The notes under the pieces: model-generated
Told to the model about the DNA's origin: nothing
Seen by the model: the letters and a program-made list of their open reading frames with translations, nothing else
Database searches by the model: none
Source of the DNA: Candidatus Eiseniibacteriota bacterium
GTDB lineage: Bacteria > Eisenbacteria > RBG-16-71-46
Assembly (NCBI GenBank): GCA_963707915.1
Contig: OY970178.1
Location: 2,112,001 to 2,176,000, forward strand
Length of the DNA stretch: 64,000 nt
Reading direction: 5' to 3'
Program-made: the position numbers and the translations under genes
Part shown: piece by piece, positions 47,575 through 56,352 of the stretch
How the letters are laid out: every line of letters starts with the position of its first letter
Numbering within the stretch: position 1 is the first letter of the stretch

Positions 47575-48776
47575 TCAGACGATGCCCTTCGACTTGAGCG
47601 CTGCCAGCTCCTCCGGCGTCACCCCGACGCCCGCCAGCACCTCCGCGGTGTGCGCGGAGAGGCGCGGCGGCGCCGACGTGATGTCACCCGGGGTCTTCTC
47701 GAACTTCGCGGTCAGCCCGAAGAGCGGCAACGTGCCGAGCCCCTCCACGGGCACCTCCTTGCAGCGTGCCGCGGTGCCTGATCTGCGGCTGCCGCAGCGC
47801 CTCCTCGAGGCTCAGGATCTCCCCGCTCGGGACGTCCTTCGCGTTGAGCAGCTCCACCCACTCCTTCGTGGGGCGTTCGGCGAGCTTCACCTCGAGCAGC
47901 GGGGTCAGCGCCTTGCGGTTCTTCTTGCGGATGTCGCGCTTCTGGAAGCGCGGGTCGGTCTTGAGCTCGGGCACGCCGAGCACGTCGCAGACCGCCTCCC
48001 ACTGCTCCTGCTTGTTCGCGGCGATGTTGATGTAGCCGTCCTGGGTGCGGAACGTGCCCGACGGCGCCGCGGTGAAGTTGTCGTTGCCCATGAGCACCGG
48101 CTGCTGCTTGCCGATCAGCAGGTTCGCCGCGACCCAGCCCATCAGCGGCATGATGGAGTCGAGCATCGCGACGTCGATGAACTGCCCCTCGCCCGTGCGC
48201 TCGCGGTGGTAGAGCGCGGCCATGACGGCGAAGGCCGCGTTGAGCCCGCCCACCGTGTCGCACACCGGGAAGCCGGCGCGCAGCGGGTTCAGGCGCTCGT
48301 CGCCGTTCACCGCCATCTCGCCGCTCAGGCCCTGGATGATCTGGTCGTAGGCCGGCTTGAACGCGTCCGGCCCGGTCTGCGCCGAAGCCGGAGATGGCGC
48401 AGTAGACCAGCCGCGGGTTGATCTGCCTGAGCACGTCGTAGCCGAGCCCGAGGCGGCCCATCACGTCGGGCCGGAAGTTCTCCACCAGCACGTCGGCGTC
48501 CTGCACCAGCTTCTTGAAGATCTCCTTGCCCTCGGGCGTCTTGGTGTTGAGCGTCACCGACTTCTTGTTGGCGTTCTGGGCCAGGAAGCTGGTGCCCATC
48601 AGCTGCTCGTTCAGCTCGGGCACGATGCCGAGCTTGCGCGCCAGGTCGCCGTCCTTCGGGTTCTCGATCTTGATGACCTCGGCGCCGAGCAGCGCCAGGT
48701 GCAGCGTGGCGAACGGCCCCGCCAGCACGTTGGTGAGGTCGAGCACCCGCATGCCCGAGAGGATGGATCGGCTCAT
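47575..48776 (-). CDS. Family III (CaiB/BaiF) CoA-transferase; frameshifts near 48380 and 47760
   Basis: LSGMRVLDLTNVLAGPFAT, GAEVIKIE, NANKKSVTLN, DVLVENFRP, AYDQIIQGLSG (catalytic Asp region), ERTGEGQFIDVAM. Confidence 0.9.
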
Positions 48777-49689
48777 GATGGCTCCTTCGTCGCGATCGGC
48801 CCCGTCCGGTAGACGTAGCCCTGCATGTCACGTCCGAAATGCGCCGCCACGTCCCGCGCGACCGCGACCAGGCGGTCGAGGCCCACGTCGGTGCGCAGGC
48901 CCTGGCGCTGCAGGGCGTGCACGAAGTCCTCCGTGGCCACGTTGCCGGCCGCCACCTTCGTGAAGGGGCAGCCGCCGAGGCCGGCGAACGGAGGTCTCGA
49001 ACGACGTCACGCCCGCGCGCATGGCGGCGTAGATGTTGGCCATGCCCAGGCCGTAGGTGTTGTGGAAATGACAGGCGCACTCGACCGCGGGGTCGAGCTT
49101 CGAAGACCGCGCCGAACAGCCGCTCGACCTGCGCCGGGTCGGCGTGCCCGGCGGTGTCGGCCAGGCTGATGCTGCGCAGCCCCGCCTCCAGGTAGGCGCG
49201 CACCATGCCGAGCACGCGCTCCTCGGGGACCGGGCCCTCGAAGCCGCAGCCGAAGGCCGACTGCACCGAGACCTGCACCTTCTTCCCCGCCGCCACCGCC
49301 TGCTTCGCCGCGCCGACGATGCGCTGCGTGGCCTCCTCGGTGCCCATGCCGGTGTTCTTGCGGCTGTGGGTCTCGCTCGCCGAGACGCCCATGCAGAACA
49401 TCTCGACGCCGCAGGCCAGCCCGCGCTCGAGCCCCTTCTCGTTCAGCACCAGGCCCGAGAGCGCGGTCGCCGACGTCTTGCCCGCCGTGAGTCGGCGGAA
49501 CAGCTCGTCGGTGTCGGCCATCTGCGGGACCTTCTCCGGGTGGACGAACGAGCCCACCTGGACGATGTCCACGCCGGCCGTCCATCGCGCCGCGGATCCA
49601 GCGCTTCCTTCTGTCTCGAGCGGGACGACCTGCTTCTCCATCTGCAGCCCGTCCCGCGGGCCGACTTCGTGGATGACGATGCGCGTCAT
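48773..49689 (-). CDS. HMG-CoA lyase family (DRE-TIM metallolyase) protein; frameshifts near 49590-49610, 49100 and 48990
   Basis: HEVGPRDGLQME, SFVHPEKVPQMADT, SLADTAG, CHFHNTYG, GLGGCPF...AGNVATED. The GLGGCP motif marks the lyase clade rather than the synthases. Confidence 0.88.
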
Positions 49690-49706
49690 GGTCTCCTCGG
49701 CCGCCC

Positions 49707-50831
49707 CTACAGCTTCGCCGCGATGGCCTGCGCCATCTCCAGGGTCTTCGCCGTGCCGCCCATGTCGTAGGTGCGGACCTTGCCCTCGCGCGACCACCTC
49801 GGCCACCGCCTTCTCGATCCGCGCGCCGGCCTCGGCCAGTCGCCGAGCCAGTCGAGCATCATCTTGGCGGCGAGGATCGTGGCGATCGGGTTGACCTTGT
49901 ACTGCCCGGCGTACTTGGGCGCCGAGCCGTGCGTGGGCTCGAAGACCGCGAGCTTCTCGCCGATGTTGCCCGAGCAGCCGAAGCCCAGCCCGCCGACCAT
50001 CTGGGCGCACAGGTCGGAGATGATGTCGCCGTAGAGGTTCGGCGCCACCAGCACGTCGTAGTTGAACGGGTTCTTGAGCAGCCACATCGTCATGGCGTCG
50101 ATGTTGGCGTCGTCCATGGCGATGCCGGGGAAGTCCTTCGCCACCGCCTTCGCCGTCTCGAGGAACAGCCCGTCGGTGGCGCGCACCACGTTCGCCTTGT
50201 GGACCACCGTGACCTTCTTGCGGCCGAACTTCTGCGCGAACTCGAACGCCGCGCGGACGATGCGCTCCGAGCCCTTGCGCGTGTTGATCTTGCAGGAGAT
50301 CGCGTACTGGTCGCCCGGCAGGTCCTTGAACGCCTTGAACGGCGGCGACAGCTCGGCGAGCGTGTCGCGCAGCTTGTCCGGCACGGTGTTGAACTCGACG
50401 CCGGCGTAGAGGTCCTCGGTGTTCTCGCGGAACACGACGAGGTCGATGCCCTCCTTGAAGTTGAGCGGGTTCTGCGGGTACGCCTTGCAGGGGCGCAGGC
50501 AGATGTAGAGATCGAAGAGCTGCCGCATGCGCACGATCGGCGAGCGGTAGACCAGGCCCTTGCCCTGCAGCTCGGGGACCAGCTCCTTCTCGGCCGCCTT
50601 CACCGGCTTCGAGGTGATGGCGCCGAACATCGCGGCGTCCACGCTCTTCAGCAGTTCGATGGTGCGCTGCGGGAAGGCGTCGCCCTCCTTGCACCAGAAC
50701 TCCCAGCCGATGTCGCCGTGGATGTACTCGGCGTCGAGCCCGACCTTGTCGAGCACGAGCTTCGCCGCTTCCATCACTTCGATGCCGACGCCGTCGCCGG
50801 GCAACCACGCGATCTTGAACTTCCTGGCCAC
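49707..50831 (-). CDS. Isocitrate/isopropylmalate/homoisocitrate dehydrogenase family protein
   Basis: LPGDGVGIEV, FGAITS, YRSPIVRMRQLFDLY..LRP, RENTEDLY, VHKANV, NLYGDIISD, FEPTHGSAP. GTG start with GAGGAGG RBS; local compensating frameshifts near 49790-49840. Confidence 0.92.
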   Translation of the reverse strand: MARKFKIAWLPGDGVGIEVMEAAKLVLDKVGLDAEYIHGDIGWEFWCKEGDAFPQRTIELLKSVDAAMFGAITSKPVKAAEKELVPELQGKGLVYRSPIVRMRQLFDLYICLRPCKAYPQNPLNFKEGIDLVVFRENTEDLYAGVEFNTVPDKLRDTLAELSPPFKAFKDLPGDQYAISCKINTRKGSERIVRAAFEFAQKFGRKKVTVVHKANVVRATDGLFLETAKAVAKDFPGIAMDDANIDAMTMWLLKNPFNYDVLVAPNLYGDIISDLCAQMVGGLGFGCSGNIGEKLAVFEPTHGSAPKYAGQYKVNPIATILAAKMMLDWLGDWPRPARGSRRRWPRWSREGKVRTYDMGGTAKTLEMAQAIAAKL

Positions 50832-51092
50832 GGGGTGACCTCCTCGTTGGGCTCTGCGCTGCCGTTCCGGACACATCCACGGGTGCTGCGGGCCGGGCGG
50901 GACCTGGACGCCCCGCCCGCAATCGAGTGCGGGGGACTCTAAGGCCTCGGACGACCGGTGGACAATGCGCCGAGCGGGCCAGGAGGCCGTATTTCATTCG
51001 GTCCAAGCGGGCCCGGCACGGGGGCGCCGCGGGGGAGCCACAAGCCCGGCAAGGACCTGCGGGAGCGGGCCCGCACCGCGCCGGCAGCCCGG

Positions 51093-51560
51093 CTACCGGT
51101 CCCCGCCGATCTTCCGGCTCCGGTACGACTCGTAGTCGGGCACGAGCCGCTCGTAGTCGCCGTCCATCAGCGGGGAGGAGACCATGAAGTCGGCGGTCGC
51201 CCGGTTGCAGGCGGTCGGGATGTTCCACACCACCGCCATCCGCAGGAGCGCCTTGACGTCCGGATCGTGGGGCTGCGGTTCGAGCGGGTCCCAGAAGAAG
51301 ACCAGGAAGTCGACCTCGTTGTCGGCGATCTTGGCGCCGATCTGCTGGTCGCCTCCCAGCGGCCCGCTGTGGAGGACGTTCACCTCGAGGCCCACTTCCC
51401 GGGCCAGCAGCTCGCCGGTGGTCCCCGTCGCGTAGATCCTGTGGTGCGCCAGCAGCACGCGGTTGTACTTCGCCCAATCGAGCAGGTCGCGCTTCATGTT
51501 GTCGTGCGCGACCAGGGCGATCCGCTTGTCGTTCTCCATCGCGATCTTGCGGTGCTTCAC
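51093..51560 (-). CDS. mgsA: Methylglyoxal synthase
   Basis: IALVAHDNMK, ATGTTG, SGPLGGDQQIGA, FFWDPLEPQPHDPDVKALLR. Confidence 0.96.
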   Translation of the reverse strand: MKHRKIAMENDKRIALVAHDNMKRDLLDWAKYNRVLLAHHRIYATGTTGELLAREVGLEVNVLHSGPLGGDQQIGAKIADNEVDFLVFFWDPLEPQPHDPDVKALLRMAVVWNIPTACNRATADFMVSSPLMDGDYERLVPDYESYRSRKIGGDR

Positions 51561-51600
51561 GAGTCCTCCTCCTCTTCCGTGCGACGGTGATCGGTCCTGG

Positions 51601-51987
51601 TCAGGCGAGGTCCGCTCCGTGCTCCAGCAACAGCGCCCTCAGCACCGAGCGGTGGCAGCGCGCCTCTTCCGCACAGTAGCAGCCCACGGAGAGGTCGGTC
51701 CGGTGCGAGAGCGCCGCCAGGAGCGCGAGCAGGCGCGCGGCCTCGGGTCGCTTCATCTCGGCGCGGTAGCGCGTCACGAAGCGGCGCCACGCCCGCTCGT
51801 CGGCCGCGTGCAGCCCCTCCTTGACCAGGCCTTCCGAGGGCGCGAGGTCCGGGAGCCACGCGTCGTAGAAGTCGCGCGACGCATGCTCGGTCCGGGGCAC
51901 ACCGCGCGGCGGACGACGCACGGTGCCCACGCGCAGGCCTTCGCCGCGTGTCCTCGGGCTTCCCAGCCGAACGATACGGATCGACAT
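51601..51987 (-). CDS. DUF488 family protein
   Basis: GLRVGTVRRPPRGV, WLPDLAPS, RYRAEM, CYCAEEARCHRSVL. Confidence 0.8.
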   Translation of the reverse strand: MSIRIVRLGSPRTRGEGLRVGTVRRPPRGVPRTEHASRDFYDAWLPDLAPSEGLVKEGLHAADERAWRRFVTRYRAEMKRPEAARLLALLAALSHRTDLSVGCYCAEEARCHRSVLRALLLEHGADLA

Positions 51988-52035
51988 TCGAACCACCTCC
52001 CTCCTCGCCGCACCCGCGGCGGCGGTCCCCGAGGA

Positions 52036-52377
52036 CTAGCGGTAGCCCCGCTCGCCCGGCCGGCCGAGCTTCTCGAGCCACATCCGCTCCAGCGTCCGCA
52101 GGTCCGCGGCCGGGTCATGGCCCGGTTCCTTCGACGCGTCGAGCGTGTCGAGCGTCTCGAACTCGAAGGCCGCCGGGCCGAGGTCCTTCCAGTCCTGCTG
52201 GAGCGCCCGATCGGGATGCCCGCCGGCCACCAGCTGGAAGCGCTGCCGGTTGAGCATCGCCGGCACGTCCACGCTCGTGCCGATCAGCGACCTCCCGTTC
52301 ACCGTGTTCCGCACGCGGAAGACCCCCATCGGCCGCGGGGCTTCCTTGTACGCGCGGATCCGTGCCTTGCGGTCCAT
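52036..52377 (-). CDS. Small GIY-YIG-like protein
   Basis: MDRKARIRAYKE..PMGVFRVRNTVNGRSLIG...NRQRFQL..G.H....LQQDW...G..AFEFE pattern of stand-alone GIY-YIG-like proteins. Confidence 0.7.
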   Translation of the reverse strand: MDRKARIRAYKEAPRPMGVFRVRNTVNGRSLIGTSVDVPAMLNRQRFQLVAGGHPDRALQQDWKDLGPAAFEFETLDTLDASKEPGHDPAADLRTLERMWLEKLGRPGERGYR

Positions 52378-52384
52378 GCAGCGA
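52315..52384. repeat. Direct repeat copy A (5' end of the GIY-YIG-like gene)
   Basis: 61/70 identical to 56238-56307 by manual alignment; the first 26 nt are identical. Confidence 0.85.
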
Positions 52385-52799
52385 ATGTCCCCCTTCCGCG
52401 GCGGCAGCGCCAGCAGGACGGCCGGAGACCATCGCGGAGCGGGGTGCCGTCCCTGCGGCCCGTCAGGACGCACCCCGCCCGCAGGACGTCACCCGGACCG
52501 TCCCGGGGCCGCGAGCCGCCTTGAAGTTCGCGGCCCGGGCATCGAAACGGCACCTGCGGACCCCCGCGGAAGTCCCCTTGCGCGGGGCAGGGCGAGTGAA
52601 TAGGCTCCGTTCGGATTCTGGAACTGCCTCCAGGGCTGCATCGAGACTGAGCGAGCCCATTCCGAGTGTGGCGATTCCGCGAGTTCCCTCCCCCCGCTCG
52701 CGTCGCCCCCGATGAGGACGGGCCTCGTCTTGGCCCATCCGAACCCGTTCCGCGAACCGGATGCTCCCCAGTACGTGGCCCGACACCTTCGAGGAGACC

Positions 52800-55145
52800 A
52801 TGGGACCTGGACATGATGCGAACACCATCGACGATGGGACCGCCCTGATGCCGACCTGCAGCCGGTCCTCGAGGGGACTGCGGACCTCGTGGCTCGCGGT
52901 GCCGGCTCTTGCTGCGATGCTCGCGGCGGCACCGGTGCTCGCACAGGTGAGGACTGCGACGTTGGCGCCGGTGTCGCTGACGCTGCCGGCGGATCTCAGC
53001 TTCAATCCGGCGAGCATCCGGCTGGTCGCGGGCGCGAGCCCCACGGTCGTCGCCCTGGGTGGGACGGCGGCGCTGCCCATCACGGCCGTCGCGGTGGCGC
53101 GCGGCGGCGTGCGGGACACCATGGTCACGGCGACGCTCGTGCAGCCGTGGCCCGCCTCGCGCAAGATCGCGTTCCAGGCCCGCAGGGGCGCGACCCTCGC
53201 CGCCGACTACCAGCTCCGTGCCCTGGGGTCGGTGAGGGGGCGCCCCGTCAGTGTCGACGTTCCGAGGGCGCTGCTGGGCATCGCGGTCGCAGGCACCGCG
53301 GTGACGGGCCCGGCGCAGGGGGGCCGGCCGCCCTTGTCCGGGACGGCCACGGCACCGCAAGGCTCCACGCCGGGAGCGGGCACTTCCACGCCGCCCCAGA
53401 CCACGCCCGTCATCCGCGCGGTTCGTCCGTCCTGCGACCGCTACGAGATCGCGGGTGCCGGTTTCGGCAGCAACCCGAGCCTCGTGACGGTGCGGGAGTA
53501 CTGCTCCACCACTCCCAACTCCGCCACCGTCGCGGTGCCGGCGACTGCCGTCACGCTCGTCAGCGACACGGTCATTCGCGTGAACCGTCTGCCGGCGTCA
53601 TCGGCCAACTCCAGCAGATTCGACCTCACCGTCCGGGTCGGAACGCTGTCCGCGGGCATGACAGGAACGTGGTTCTACTTCGCCCCGGTCATCAGCGCCC
53701 TGACCTTCGACCCGAACGGCTGGACCGTGCGCGGATCGCATCTGGATGCCGGCCGGTATCTGGTCGATGGAGTCCCCGACCCGGTCGCCAGCTCCGCCGC
53801 AAGCCCCGACTCGATCCGTGTCCTCCGTCATCTTCCCCCCGGGCCTCACGTTCACCGGGTGGAGCTGCTCAATCCCGCCCCGAATCCCGGTGGATGCGCG
53901 ACGTTCAACTCCTTCACCGCGACCCATCCGGAGCCGGAGCCGGGAGCCATCGGCGGCTTCGGCATCCGGCTCCCGCCGCCGGGGACCACGTCACCGGGGA
54001 AGATGGCGGCCATCACGTTCTCCGGCGGCAATCGGCTGGGGCCCTGGCGTGAACTGCTCTCGCTGCGGCTCGTGGAGGCGAACCGCCCCCTGCCGGTCCT
54101 TCCCAACGGCCTCACCGTCGGGCCCGCGGACATCCTGCAGGCTGCGGTCCAGATCCCGGCGGATCTGCCCTTCGGTCCGCACACCGTCGAGGCGACCGTC
54201 GGGTATCAGTCCGCGCGCGGCGGGATGTACGTCGTGCCCAATCCCGCGCCGGCGCTGGTCGTCGCGCCTTCGCGCCGGGTCAAGGCCGGCGATCACGTGG
54301 CCCTCGCCACCACCGGGCGATTCGATTACGCCAGGGTCGCGATCACGGTAAAGGACCCGACGAACGGCCGCGGCACTTCGAGCGAGGCCACGCTGAGGCC
54401 GGATGCGAACGGCGTGCTCGACTACCAGGTGGCGAGCTTCAACACGGTCAAGCCGCTGGCCGGCCCGTCCACGATCGACGTGGTGTTCTACCTGGACGCT
54501 CCGCCCCCGGCGGGGCTCGGCGCCCCGCCTTACCAGGCGGTCGGCGGGACACCTGCGGACTACGTGAACGTGCCCATCCTGGCTTCCGCCGGAACGCCGG
54601 GCAAACCGGTCATCCCGGGATACGAGGACGTCGTATTCCCCAGCGTGCCTTTCGAGATCATCGGCAGTCAACTCATGGTGCCGGGGGTCGCGGGGACGGT
54701 CGGCGTGCTCAACGCTCAGCCGTTCGAGATCCTCCCCGGAAGCACCCCGACCAAGCTCATCGTGCGCGTGCCGCCCTCGTCTTCGTCGACGGGCGGGTCC
54801 CTGACCGTGAACAACGGGTTCCTCTCGAGCCTGGGGCCCAGCTCTGCCTGGGGATCGAACGTGTATGTGAACGTGCGCCGTCCTGACATCCAGAGCATCG
54901 AGCCGGATATCATCAGCCGCGCGGGCACCCGTCCCACCGTGAAGATCAACGGAATGTTCCTCGGCTTCCTTGCGGACTCGGCAAGCCTCAACGGCGTCGA
55001 GGGGACCATCGAGAGCCGTGCGACGACATCCATCACCGTGAGCTTCCCCAGCTCGATCGTGACCGGCAGCATCCTGCTGAAGACCCGGGCGGGAGAAGCG
55101 ACCCCGATCACCCAGTCCTCGAACTACCTCAAGGTGATCCCCTAG
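52800..55145 (+). CDS. Large secreted Pro/Thr/Ser/Gly-rich beta-sandwich (IPT/TIG-like) repeat protein, function unknown
   Basis: GAGGAG RBS; signal-like LAVPALAAMLAAAPVLAQ; recurring P.I..V.P / I.G..FG / T.I.V..P strands typical of IPT/TIG-like modules. The start could instead be 52848. Confidence 0.6.
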   Translation: MGPGHDANTIDDGTALMPTCSRSSRGLRTSWLAVPALAAMLAAAPVLAQVRTATLAPVSLTLPADLSFNPASIRLVAGASPTVVALGGTAALPITAVAVARGGVRDTMVTATLVQPWPASRKIAFQARRGATLAADYQLRALGSVRGRPVSVDVPRALLGIAVAGTAVTGPAQGGRPPLSGTATAPQGSTPGAGTSTPPQTTPVIRAVRPSCDRYEIAGAGFGSNPSLVTVREYCSTTPNSATVAVPATAVTLVSDTVIRVNRLPASSANSSRFDLTVRVGTLSAGMTGTWFYFAPVISALTFDPNGWTVRGSHLDAGRYLVDGVPDPVASSAASPDSIRVLRHLPPGPHVHRVELLNPAPNPGGCATFNSFTATHPEPEPGAIGGFGIRLPPPGTTSPGKMAAITFSGGNRLGPWRELLSLRLVEANRPLPVLPNGLTVGPADILQAAVQIPADLPFGPHTVEATVGYQSARGGMYVVPNPAPALVVAPSRRVKAGDHVALATTGRFDYARVAITVKDPTNGRGTSSEATLRPDANGVLDYQVASFNTVKPLAGPSTIDVVFYLDAPPPAGLGAPPYQAVGGTPADYVNVPILASAGTPGKPVIPGYEDVVFPSVPFEIIGSQLMVPGVAGTVGVLNAQPFEILPGSTPTKLIVRVPPSSSSTGGSLTVNNGFLSSLGPSSAWGSNVYVNVRRPDIQSIEPDIISRAGTRPTVKINGMFLGFLADSASLNGVEGTIESRATTSITVSFPSSIVTGSILLKTRAGEATPITQSSNYLKVIP

Positions 55146-55206
55146 CCCGAGCCCGCGAACCACGCGATTCGCCGTCCCGTCAGACCCGCCCAAAGGAGAG
55201 GTGATC

Positions 55207-56232
55207 ATGCGTTCCCGCCTGACCTTGTCATTCGCCGTGGCTGTCCTGTTCTGCGGTTCCGTCGCGCACGCCCAGGTCCAGGCGGCGCGGCCATCGGCCC
55301 CGCCGACCATCCAGAAGCCCGTCGCGCCTTCGAAGGTCGATGGGTTCCTCAAGATCGTCCAGAACGCGGCCACTCTGGCGGAGGTCCAGAAGGCGTTCGA
55401 CGGGGCCGGCTTCACCAAGGCCGAGGTCGAACAGGTGAAGAAGCGGACCGACGAGTCTCCGCAGCTCAAGGCGAAGCTGGAAGATCTCCTGAAGCAATCT
55501 CAGGCTGCAAGGAAGGCACAGGTCGCCGAGTTCGAACGGGGGTCGGGCGTCAGGATGGCAGCCCTCTCGAAGAAGCTGAACGAGCAACGCATCGCGAAGT
55601 TCAAGACGACCATCGCCTCCGCCAGACAGCAGATCGGTACGAAGCCGCCCGACCCGGCGACGACGTGCAAGGCGGACGCCCCGGCGGTCAAGTCGGTGTC
55701 CTCCGTGACGCCAGGTGTCGAATTCGCCGTCCAGGGGGTCGGGTTCGGGGAATACCCCGGGACCGTCGAGCTGAGCACCGGCGGGAAGGTGTTCGGCGCC
55801 CGCGTCAACGGATGGAACTCGTGCGTCATCTACGCCGTGGTGGGGGACGACGTCTCTGGCGTTGGTGCCAACGCGCAGGCTTCCGTCTCCGTCAGAACCA
55901 CCGAGGGCAAACTGACCCGCGGGCTGACCGGCTTCACGCCGAGCCTCGAGACGGCCGAACAGTCCGCGAACGACGCAGCCGTCGGCTACTACCTGGGCCG
56001 CAGCAAGGACTGGAAGTACTGGGACTACGTGTTGAAGAACGACTGGTACGTCGTGGATACGAAGCTCGAACACTTCCACATGGGTCACGCGGAGATCACT
56101 TCGGCGCCGCCGAACAACGTCCCGAATGCCTTCGCCCGGACGTACGTGCACGCCGGGGTCGCCGGGCTCGGGGCCAGCGAGTTCACCGTGACCCAGTCGC
56201 TCGCGGGCCCGAAGGGACTGCAGTACAAGTGA
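55207..56232 (+). CDS. Secreted hypothetical protein (helical N-terminal region plus IPT/TIG-like domain)
   Basis: AAGGAG RBS; signal peptide ending AHA-Q; PAVKSVSSVTPGVEFAVQGVGFGEYPGTV...WNSCVI is IPT-like. Confidence 0.65.
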   Translation: MRSRLTLSFAVAVLFCGSVAHAQVQAARPSAPPTIQKPVAPSKVDGFLKIVQNAATLAEVQKAFDGAGFTKAEVEQVKKRTDESPQLKAKLEDLLKQSQAARKAQVAEFERGSGVRMAALSKKLNEQRIAKFKTTIASARQQIGTKPPDPATTCKADAPAVKSVSSVTPGVEFAVQGVGFGEYPGTVELSTGGKVFGARVNGWNSCVIYAVVGDDVSGVGANAQASVSVRTTEGKLTRGLTGFTPSLETAEQSANDAAVGYYLGRSKDWKYWDYVLKNDWYVVDTKLEHFHMGHAEITSAPPNNVPNAFARTYVHAGVAGLGASEFTVTQSLAGPKGLQYK

Positions 56233-56237
56233 CGCTG

Positions 56238-56307
56238 GCGGAAGACCCCCATCGGCCGCGGGGATTCCTTGTAGGCGCACGTCAGCGCTTTGCGGTCCAT
56301 GCCGCGA
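56238..56307 (-). pseudogene. Orphan 5' fragment (MDRKALTCAYKESPRPMGVFR) of the GIY-YIG-like gene; direct repeat copy B
   Basis: Similarity to 52315-52384 stops abruptly 5 nt after the stop codon of the 55207-56232 gene. Confidence 0.75.
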
Positions 56308-56352
56308 GTCTCTCCCGTCTCTCGAACATCCACCAGCCGGACGATGCGCCCC

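Noticed and set aside
45746..50831. Calling the operon plain leuBCD
   Set aside because: There is no leuA or ilv gene, the motifs deviate from typical LeuB/LeuD (e.g. SSREQAA, YRSPIVRMR), and a lyase and CoA-transferase are interleaved. Gene symbols are withheld.
52036..52377. GIY-YIG-like gene as a homing endonuclease or the mobility gene of the adjacent insertion
   Set aside because: It is only 113 aa with no DNA-binding extension and no intron or intein context. It appears to be the target of the insertion, not its driver.
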